Assembly: GCA_963693365.1 (NCBI GenBank)
Contig: CAVNZM010000012.1
Location: forward strand, 2,976,001 to 3,040,000
DNA from: Amoebidium appalachense
Taxonomy: Eukaryota; Protista; Ichthyosporea
Direction: 5' to 3'
DNA length: 64,000 nt
How positions within the stretch are numbered: the first letter of the stretch is position 1; every line of letters starts with the position of its first letter. This document shows positions 37,629 to 64,000 of this stretch, in pieces. The position numbers and the translations under genes are program-made. The notes beneath the pieces are model-generated. The model saw nothing but the letters and a program-made list of their open reading frames with translations. It searched no databases and was not told where the DNA came from.

Positions 37629-39575
37629 TATTACACACACACACAAAAGATCTTTCTTCCCCCTTTTCTTTTTCCGACTCCCTGTGTCCTCCCGGGCCTC
37701 TCTTCCCCCCCCCCCCCCCCTCCCCCCCTTCTTCCTCTGGCTCATTACGCCTATGCAAAAACGCACCCATCGCCAACAACACATAATATATTAGATGTAC
37801 ATGAATAAACGTACAGAAACAACTTGGTGTTATTATACAAGGTCGTGACATACGTTTGCACGTGTGTGCGCATGCAAAGCCAGCATGCACAGGCAGATAC
37901 TAACTTATGTTGGGCGCCTCGCGGGCCACATGCATGCAACGCGAACTTACCGTCGTACACACACACACTTGCAGTCACACACACACACAAGCACATACGC
38001 TCGCACACGCACACACACACATGTACACACGCACACACGCAGAAGCGGCACCGTGACGGAGGAATAATGAGTTGCATTCGTCCAACAAGATGCTAACACA
38101 CGCACGCAAATCAAAATATGGTGCTGGAGGAACAATGCGCCAAGTACACACACACGCGCGCGCGCGCACACACACGCACACACATATATACACACATAAT
38201 AATCGCACCACGCGCGGGCACACACACACGCGAACAAAGTGAGCACGACACAGTGAAAAGCACGATTTCTTCCCTGCAACAAGTTGGGGAACGGGGCCGG
38301 AAGATGAAAGGCGGAGGGGAGGCGAAGACCTCCAGAGAGGATCATCGCACTTTAATTGAACGAGACCAAGTTGGGGGACATTGCGCGGGTCCGAGGGTTG
38401 CACTGCCAGGGGGAAGCTGGCCGAGAGGGAGGGGGTAGGGAAGGAGGGGGGGAATGTGGGAGGGGAAGGGGGAAGGGGAGGGAGGGAGGGCGGGGGGGGG
38501 GGTGTGGGGGGACCGGGGGAGTGGCGGGTACGTAGGTGGGGGGGGGGGGGGAGGGGGGGGAGGGGAAGGAGGGCGGGGGGCAGTACTTGGAAAGGGGAGG
38601 GGGGGGGGGGGGACACACGGAGTGTATGTGTTGGGGGGGCGGGGAATACTACTTATTTCCCATTGGAAATGTACAGCCTTTTCGTGGTCACATTTCTCAC
38701 ATCCTTCCCAGAAACGGCATGGCAACAACGGTTGCACCCAAGGAGGCCTTGGTTGCACCCAAGGCGGGTGATAAGGAGGCCTTGGTTGCACCGTGTGATG
38801 GCCCCTGAATGTCTATTCGCCAATCGGAATCCATTTTGGAACTGCTTGCTTAATTTACGAATTTATGAATTATGTATAATTGTCATAAGATGTGTATAAA
38901 TGAAGCCTATTCTTACCATAAACGTAGTGGTTTTTTATCATAAAATAAATGAGTAAAAATAAAATATTCCACTGAGTCATTCAGCATTTTGGAGTATTTT
39001 TTGTCAGCTGCATATAGCTTATAAACTACAAAACGGTTTGTTACCCCCCGATAGCGAATGTCGTAGGGGATTAGTTGACTGGTCACTAAGTGGCAGATGA
39101 TTGGTTGACATTATGGAATGCACTTCTGGATTGGCTACAATAAAATAACACCAATTGGTGCATACACAGGGCTCGAATTTTAAACACAAGTGCTTCAGCA
39201 CCCCCAAAACCTTTACAATATACAGGCCGACCGTGTTTCAATAACTATTGTGCTGTCAATGTGTAGCCCGTACACAAATTATGTCAATTGTAACAGCTTG
39301 TTTTCTTTTTATTCATTTTAGTGCCTTTAACACTCCCAACATTATGGTCAGCTCGGTTGTACCATCAAAGGCTATTGCTTGCCCAATGTTTCGTCAACCA
39401 CAAGTTTCAACCAGTATTCCACACCCTGGCTGCCCGTTTCGGAATTCCTCGGCGGGCGGCCAGTGGCCACTGTGAGAGTCACCTCGTGTCGGTCAAAACG
39501 TAAACCCGCCCCCCTCACAGAAAACCGTGGTTATAGGTGTGGTTGTAATAAGTGTATTAGGGATTAGGGAGGGAG

Positions 39576-41544
39576 ATGGAAAACGCTACTGCACTTACCA
39601 CCGCTGCAGCGGGAGCAGCGGGGGCAGCGGCAACCGGGGGCCGCGCGCCCACACTCACACAAGTAGCGCTATTTCTGGTTTGGCTTGCGGCTAGCGTTTC
39701 TTGGGCAGGACTCTCGTTCCTTTTGTGGCGGAGAGAAAGGGCAACTCACGCGCACACAATTGATTATCAACTAGTAAGTCGGTCTGAGGAGGGAGAGGGG
39801 GAAAGGCAAGCCGAGAGAGTTGAGACACCGAAAGACGCGAAAGTTCCTCACTGGCAGGATGTGCAGAAGATTTGCGAGTTTCTTCGCTCCATTGCTGTTT
39901 TTGGCCTCATTATGTATTTTTTCTATCTTGGTGACTATCAGAAGGTTTTTCCAAGGGGTGACCGGACTTATTCGCGTGATTGGTTCATTTTCATTTTCAT
40001 CGTCATCTTTGGGTTTTCCTATACCACACGCACACACCAGAAAGATGACACCCTTCTCAACCGCGATCAAACGGAGGAGTGGAAGGGTTGGATGCAAACC
40101 ATGTTTGTGTTCTACCACTACTTCAAAGCAGGAGAGGTGTACAATGCCATTCGTGTGTTCATTGCTTCCTACGTGTGGATGACCGGCTTTGGGAACTTCC
40201 TCTACTTCCAAAAGAGGAAAGACTTCTCCATCATCCGAGTTTTGAAGATGCTTTTCCGGCTGAACTTTATGGTTGTCTTCGTGTGTGCCACGGTTGACAC
40301 AGAGTACCTCCTTTACTATATTTGTCCCATGCACACGTTCTGGTTCTTCGTTGTATACATTTTCATGTACATTGGCCAGACCCACAACGATAATCCGCGG
40401 TTCATGTACACCAAGTTCGCCGTTCTGTTTTCCCTTTGTGTTCTCATTTGGGACGTCCCCAGTGTTGGCGAAACGATATTCCGGCCATTTTATTTCATCC
40501 TCGGCTACGAGGGGTCTCTGCACGAGTGGATGTTCCGCAGTGGTCTGGACCATTTTGCCACCCCGTTTGGCATGCTCACGGCTTATCATTTCGACGGCAT
40601 TTGTCGGTTTTTGACGAATTTTTCGGACCAGGTTGAACCTGCACGCCGATATGGAAACATGTTTGGGCTTGGGGCCGTGTGTGCCGTGGTGATTGGACTG
40701 TGGTACAACTTTGTGTATTGCCACGACAAGTTCACATACAACACCATCCACCCGTACACGTCGTTTATTCCCATCAGTGTCTACGTTATCCTGCGCAACG
40801 TGACACCCACATTGAGGAGCTACTATTTGAGTCTCTTCTCGTGGCTGGGCAAGATCACACTCGAGACGTATCTTTCCCAGGTAACACCCTACCCCTCACT
40901 CCCACCCTTCTTCCCAGCCCCCCCCCCACCCCCCACCCCTCTTCTCCCTCCCCCGTTCTCCCTGTTTGACACCATATGTAAGCCAATCATAACACTAGCT
41001 CGCCATGACGTTATTGAATACTCCTGGGATGCTTTCTCCTCACGTTGTCATCAAGAAATGCTTTTCGAGTTCCAGCCAACCTATGATACTCCTTCCTGTT
41101 CCACTACGGGGAGCTGTAACCTGAATCCCAATTGTGTGTATTTTTATGATCGACTATGAAAACACCTTCTTAACTCTTCACTCTTCATCACTTCTGAATT
41201 TCACGTCTGTGATAGTCATAAAATCATGTCCGTTGAGCGTGCCACAATCCTCACATTCCTGACCATCCCTCCTCTCCCACCACCTGCAGTTGCACATCTA
41301 CATGCAGTCCAGCGCCAAGGACCTCATTGTCTACATCCCCGGCTATCCCCTGGTCAACTTTGTGCTTGCCACCGCCATCTATGTGTACATGTCGTACACT
41401 GTGTTCCACCTCACCACCGACATGAACAACTTCCTCTTCCCGTCCGATTTGAAGCAGATTGGGATTCAGTGGGCGGGAGTGGGTGTTATTGTGGCCGTGT
41501 CGTATGGGTTTGCGGCCATTGCATACCCCATGTTTATTGATTAG
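39576..41544 (+). CDS. CAS1/RWA-family multi-pass polysaccharide O-acetyltransferase (Cas1_AcylT domain only, ~519 aa), 2 exons
   Basis: Exons 39576-40880 and 41290-41544. Family motifs: LLNRDQTEEWKGWMQ, YNAIRVFIASYVWMTGFGNF, LYYICPMHTFWF, HEWMFRSGLDH, HPYTSFIPI, WLGKITLETYLSQ|LHIY. Confidence 0.93.
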
Positions 41545-42358
41545 GCCTCATCTCCGCACAAGTTTTGTAGGGATATGTCTCTAAACGTTTGGTCTCATGC
41601 AGTTGTGCGGTAATGTTCCCAGGACGCAAATACAAATTTACTTAGTACGAGATGCGGAGTTGTGCTAAAAGTACTTGGGGATCTTTTTCTTTTTCTTTCT
41701 TTTTTTTGTTGTTGTGAACAAATATTCGAGTGTACATATGAAAAAAGATATCGAAAATAGACAGTCTCAGCTACGTATGAAAGTGTGCGATGGATGAGCC
41801 GTGCAGGCACGCGCACAAAATCAAATTTACAAGAACCATTTCTTTGCCTTTTCTGTGATGTTATAGTTCATATCAATATTGCTGCACACACCGTCACAAA
41901 AATAAAGAGGGTGCCGTATATATCTTTGCTGTTGGTATGTGGGCTCGTCCGGACACTGTTACGGTATACGTACTGAGAATGGGTCGGTGGTGGTGGTGGG
42001 GGGAGGGGAAAGAGGCCAAGTGGCATACTGGGTCTGAGGTTACGGGAGGGGAGGGGGGTGGCGTGGGTGTGTGTGTTGTGGGGCCGGGGGGAGGGGGACG
42101 TGTGTTTGTGTGTGCACACATACCAGTCCTCGGAGTTTCTCTTTCTCCCCCCCCCCCCCCCCCCCCCTCCCCTCTCTCTTTCTCTCTCTCTCTCTAACTC
42201 TCTTTCTCTGTCTTTCTGTCTCACCCCCCCCCCCCCCCCCCCCCCCCCCTTTCTCTCTGTCCCCATCCTCGGCACCTGCCCTTGTTGCTTCTCCCTCTTG
42301 TTCTTGCTTCCTCGTTCTCTCTCTCTCATTCTTCCCCTCTCTCTCTCTAGCTCTAGAG

Positions 42359-42396
<38 letters not shown>

Positions 42397-42453
42397 GTCT
42401 CTCTCTCTATCTCTCTCTATCCCCCTCCCCCCCCGCCCACACACACACACACA

Positions 42454-42506
<53 letters not shown>

Positions 42507-42511
42507 CCCCT

Positions 42512-42549
<38 letters not shown>

Positions 42550-42595
42550 CCCCCCCTCCCTCCCTCTCCCTCTATCTCTATCACACACACACACA

Positions 42596-42699
<104 letters not shown>

Positions 42700-43793
42700 A
42701 GTGTGTGAGCACGTAGGGTGTTGCACCTAAGTATGGAATCAGGTTGCCGATGATGTGCGATTAATATCACCACAAGTGCACGATGCATCATGTACTGGTT
42801 ACCGTAGCCCTAAAACCAGAACAAACTGCTTGGACTGTGATAGCAAAAGTGCGATTGTATGTGACTTGGTTTCCCGGTGTGCGCCAATGGGTCGGGGTTG
42901 CAGCTTAGCCCATGGCAGGCAGACTAATGTAGTCAAACACACTCATGTTATAACTGAGGCTAACCCCCCCTCACCTCCCAACCCTCAGTCCCTTTCCCCC
43001 CCCCCCCTCACCCCCCCGCCCCCCAAAAACACACACACACACACACACACACACGCAACTCCTTTCAGTCTCTCGAGGCCCCCCGGCATTGCAAGCCCGG
43101 TGGCAAGCTCGGTGGCAAGGCCTAGTATACTACAGCCTGGTAGTGGTGGTACCAGTGGTGGTCCACTGGATTCTCCACTGGATCTGGAATCATTTGCGAA
43201 AATTGTGATACCGAATTAACCAATTAGAGTGTGGTTGACGATTCAGCCAATCATCTGCAGCAAAGATCCAGTCTCCAGAGACCACTGAGAGAAGATGTCA
43301 GATAGCCAACAAAAGCACACGAAGCCGCTGCCAGAGGCTCGTTAAAGTGCACCGCTTCATCTAATTTATATTATAAATCATAATTATGAATGATAATATT
43401 TATTGATAGAATACTTACGTCATAAACTCTACATCCTATTGAAAAATACGTATTACAATAATTTGAATGTCCGTGAATAAGGTATATCTCGGATCTTGGG
43501 GGGTTGCTGCTGATTGTTCCAAAAACCGAGGCTCGTTTTTGAGTCGCGCGCAACGTTCGTGAAGCTTGCGCCTTGAAGTTGCGGCCTGTTTTGGGCTTTA
43601 GAGTTGCAGTGTTTTATTTTCTGCTACACCGACCGTAAAAGTCCGGCAAAGAAGAAAACACGGTGAAAAACGTGGAAGTAAATCATATTTTTACCTGGGC
43701 CGTGCCTTGCACAACAAAAGGATTAGTATTCTATGATACCCGGCCATGTTTTTTCCGGATCTCTATAGTTAGATCTAAAAGCAGTGAGTGAAA

Positions 43794-59574
<15,781 letters not shown>

Positions 59575-60298
59575 TGGTATATCGTATTTAATTAGTTAGT
59601 TGTGGTTTCGGATATACACAGGCAGATTAATACTTGTGGCACGGCAAAGATATCCAAGACTTCGCATACGTATATCTTTGAAATGTTGGGCTAGATAAAT
59701 TCATTCCATGTATGGATGCATATGCATGCTGAGTCTTCGGATGAGAGACTACCTGCATTGAACCTATTGAGGCTGTGTGGCGATCGGATTTAAAATTTAA
59801 TAATCAGAGTCGTGCAAAGTGGAACAGTAGGGCAGAATACCCCATGGCCTCAATTTATGATACTATTTTCTCAAGGTTATCTATACATTTAATTACTTCA
59901 TCTCATGGCAGCTGCAGCAATGCTGTGCATGTTGCCAAGCTGTTTCAGTTAAACCGCATGGTAATCAATGGTGAAATGGAACTGAAAATAACGTGTAGGG
60001 ACAACATTAGTTTTAGGTTTATCACATAACAGCCACTACCGATCATATTAGGAAATGATTACGATTACAGTAACATCATCATAGATCTAGTACTGTGTAT
60101 TCGAGCTTGCACAGTGTCACCATGCCAGCATGTGTAGACTTCGTTTTTTTATATGCCAAGCCTTGCGCTGTTAATAAGTTACACGGAAATAAACAGCTGC
60201 GTAGCATGATGTAGAATGATTATATTATCATAGAACACAATAAGCGTATTATATGGAAACACTATGGTGCATCATATATGTACTATGGCAGTCAACGA

Positions 60299-60330
<32 letters not shown>

Positions 60331-60370
60331 ATAAACACACACACACACACACACACACACCACCGTGACG

Positions 60371-60427
<57 letters not shown>

Positions 60428-60922
60428 ATGGCAACTCGCTTTTATTGTTATGATATGTATTTTGCCTTTTTCAAGTTACCTCACCCTTGCATGTATTTTC
60501 AAGCTATCCCGTCTCTTTTGTGTCTCACTTTTTCCCGTTCAAGCCACTACTTTAAGTACTGTACAAAAAAAAAAAAAATGAAAAATGAAAAGAAAAGAAA
60601 AAAGAAAAAGAAAGACTCTTGGACGTAACGTAGCTACAACAAGAGCCGCAAGACTCAGAGCGGCCCTGCTCTATGATTCGTTTATTGTCATGTCATGACA
60701 TTAGTGATGCTTTTCTATTGGTCTCTAAGGCTCAATACTGACACCAATCAAATCAGATAAGATCACAGCTGTAACCAATTAGCTATGGGTTACGTTACGC
60801 CATCCGTGGCCTGCCGCCCAACTCCAGGGCTTGAAATATGTTTTAGGAGTGGTGGCCTGTTGGAAAGGTGGCGCATATGTATTTCGGCAACTTTGCCTGT
60901 ATTCCACTTACATTCAACTGGG

Positions 60923-60983
<61 letters not shown>

Positions 60984-61939
60984 TTTAGGTCCACTGGCCC
61001 TGAGATCAGTGGACCTGGCGCTCCATGTCAAGTGGCTTTTTTCGGGTTTCAGGTGGCCGTTTAGGTCCGACCGTCCAAGTGGCACTGTAATTTCTGGCCC
61101 TGCCCAACTCCAACTGTCCTTCGGAACTGAGTTTGAGCAGCTGATATTACTGATCAGATTTGAGTTTCAAGAGATCCGAAAAGAAAGTTCTCCTGCTCCC
61201 ATTATACACTAAATTGAGTAAGCTTCTCCTTATCTGCTTTGGCGTAAGAGGATATGTATGATTCATCAACGTTCGAGATTTCCGGGGCGGGAGGCGTTCG
61301 CCTACTGATAACACCAAGCAGCCAGCCAGCAAAAAACACAATCTACATGCTGATTCGTTAAGCGGTGCAAAATGATTGAACTCATACTGTACAGTCTTGG
61401 GACTCGCTTTGCAACCTACATTCTTGTGACAGACAATGATATCATATTTAGCCAGTTAGAAGACATAAATTTTGTTAAATAATCTTCCCACAAAACACAT
61501 GCGGATATCGTGGTATGGCATTCATTGTGTATCTGCAAACATGCAAGTCAGTCTTACTATCAGCTAATTCAGCTCATCACGTGCTTTTGCCCCCTTCCAA
61601 AGCTGTATCCAATGCCGAAGCGTGCCGTTACGAAGCCGAGGCGTATAAAAACCCCTTCCCAAACACTTTTGCTTCAGACGTCAGCGAAGCATCAAGACAG
61701 CTCTCCTACCTACTAGTAGCTACTACTTCTCCTTCCCCACATGGACGATGGCGCCCTCCTTGTCTCGTTCAACATAGCACTGCCCACTCGACGGTCTCCT
61801 TGCTGAGCCGACAGCCCCTCCTGCTCCGAGCATCCCACCTCAACCGAACGCATTTGCAGCCATGCCTCCCGCACCTCAGCCTACTCTATAGGGCCTGTCC
61901 ACACCACAAACTGGCAGCTTTAGGAAATGACGAGTAGCA

Positions 61940-63638
61940 TGCATGCGGCTGATGATTCGCCATCACCTCTGAAAAGGCGAGGGCGTGTGTGTGTTGCACT
62001 GGCACCAAAAAAATATGCACTGTTACAGCCGTGTTTGATTTTATTTTCGCTTGTGCATGTTGAGTGCTTACTTTTCGTCCACACTTGCTTACCGATGATG
62101 CTTTCTTACGTTGTGTTTCTGTGCGCTTGGATTTTTCGTGTTGTGTTTCCGTGCACTTGGGTTAAGACTGGCAGGGCAGCCTTTGTGCTGCCAGGGCTGT
62201 GTGGGTTCCGGTGGTGTAAATCGGGGTTTGGCTGTTCCCGAGTACTGCACACATGCCGTGGCTTGCAAGCGCGCCTGCAGACGCTAACTGTGGCTTGTAC
62301 CGCTGAAGCTCCTGCAACGTGCCCTTGTGGCCACTTTGTGTCTGCATCGTGCGTGCGCGAGCAAAGTTAGGCTTGACCCTTCACGCAAATGCATGAGTCC
62401 CCGGACACAGCCAAACCCATAGCACAGTGCATTTCTGTAGCAACTCTCGAGCTCGAGCCGCTTATGATTTGCATAGCTGCATGCAACTTTCTACCGCCTC
62501 ACTCTACTTTCTATCGCCCGATCACATGTGGATGTGTCGTGTGCATGGCAGCGCTCTGTTGCTTTTGCCTGGGACGTCTGCATCCCTACCACGGACTGAT
62601 GTCTAACCCTTGCTTTCCCCTCCTACACTCTAGGCATGCCGGCTGATTTTGCACAACACAGCCAAGCAGCGGATAAGAGAGACTGCACAAACGACAGCCT
62701 GACGACCAACCAGCAACATGCGGCTGATGACTCGGCACCACCTCTGAAAAGGCAAGGGCGTGGGTGTGTTGCAATGTGGTCACTTTGTGTCTGCATGGCG
62801 CATGCGGGAGCAAAGTTGGGCTTGACCCTTCACGCAAACGCATAGAGTCCCCAGACACAGCCAAACCCACATAGCACAAGTTTGCATTTTAGTAGTGGTT
62901 TAGTTAGCCTCTCTCGAAATCTGCATCTCATAAAGCTTGTGTGCACTTCAAAGTTTGGGCGTATTGTTCGTCGAGGTTTGTTTGTGCGGGGCCTTTTCCT
63001 GTGTTTTTCTTTTAGCTAAAGTTTAGTCACTTTCGAGCTGCATCATTGATATATATCATGTGCATGGAACGTACCTCAGCTCACGTGCACGAACAGAATT
63101 CATGTGGTTTTCTCGTGGTTTGTTTTTGTAGCACGTTTTCTCCTTGACTTGAGTCTATTGTTGTTGAGGTTTGCCTGGGTGGCCATTATCGTGTGTTGTG
63201 CTTTTAGCTGAATCGCTTTGGAGCTACATCATACGCTAGTATTGCTGCATGCAACTTTCACTCACTTGCACAGTCCGTCTCTAAAATAGAAGGGAAAAAA
63301 AGACTTGGAAAAAACGAAAAAATGACTAGCTTGCGCATGCGCACAGCACAGTCGGTGCTTATTGGCAGTCTTAGACAGTGGTTACTATGATAGCACACCC
63401 CTAAGGGGTTTCGAACAAAAAATATCCCCGGGATAAAAAAGAAGGGGAAAAGGGCAGGGGGAAAGGAAAAAAAAAAAAAAGAGCCCCCGCTGGAGGGAAA
63501 GAAAAAAAAAAGGGGGGAGGGGGGGACGAAAAATAAAAAAATAAAAATAGTAAGTCCCCGGGATAAAAAAGAATGGGGGATAAGGTGGGGGAGGGGGGAG
63601 GGGGGGGGGGGCGGAGAAAAGCCTTCGGGGGAAGGGGG

Positions 63639-63677
<39 letters not shown>

Positions 63678-64000
63678 CTGAAGAGGGCCAAAAACGACGG
63701 GGATTAAAAAAATGTCCCCGGAATAAAATAGAAAATAAATACTATAGAATGAAAAGAAAAAAACGGGGGAAAGTCAAAAAAAAAAGAAAAGAAAGAAAGG
63801 AAGACTAAGAAAAGAAAAAAAGCCCCCGGGATATATATATATATTTAACGGACTATAAAGAGTATATAGTATTTATAAATCGGGACTGTTGCTTTTGCTG
63901 GGTCTTGTCTGCACAAACGACAGCCTGACGACCAACCAGCAACATGCGGCTGATGACTCGGCACCACCTCTGAAAAGGCAAGGGCGTGGGTGTGTTGCAA
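61940..64000. repeat. Cluster of locally repeated blocks (possible degenerate mobile element or segmental repeat)
   Basis: The block catgcggctgatga.tcg..a.cacctctgaaaaggc.agggcgtg.gtgtgttgca occurs at ~61942, ~62717 and ~63943. 62683-62774 matches 63909-64000. ~62332-62425 resembles ~62781-62878. Confidence 0.75.

Noticed and set aside
62724-62750. CTGATGA...GAAA hammerhead-like core, or C/D box pair, in the repeated block
   Set aside because: The intervening 15 nt cannot form stem II, and the C-to-D spacing (13 nt) is too short for a snoRNA.
63400-63860. Purine-rich low-complexity stretch with a 96-aa ORF
   Set aside because: It looks like low-quality consensus or simple sequence, with no coding signal.

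Overview
Eukaryotic, intron-rich genomic DNA. The RPS13 protein looks animal-like, but the gene content (SFM1, UspA, RWA-type acetyltransferase) suggests a unicellular holozoan such as an ichthyosporean; this is an inference. Most entries in the supplied ORF track are artefacts of poly-C/G, (CA)n and (GA)n tracts. Splicing by eye gives eight genes with open, phase-compatible exons: a GLUT-type MFS sugar transporter (+), a serpin with two C-terminal ZZ zinc fingers (-), an SFM1-like SPOUT arginine methyltransferase (-), RPS13 (+), a universal stress protein (-), an orphan single-pass membrane protein (+), an RWA/CAS1-family O-acetyltransferase (+) and a 21-exon NT-C2/coiled-coil protein (+). 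Three observations stand out: (1) the serpin-ZZ-ZZ fusion; (2) several introns whose 5' ends carry (GT)n/Gn tracts and whose 3' ends carry the complementary Cn/(CA)n tracts, suggesting fold-back introns; (3) a short, 5'-truncated dispersed element that ends at C-rich tracts and sits in sense orientation in introns of five genes. All models were built by hand without transcript data, and homopolymer lengths may be sequencing-inflated.
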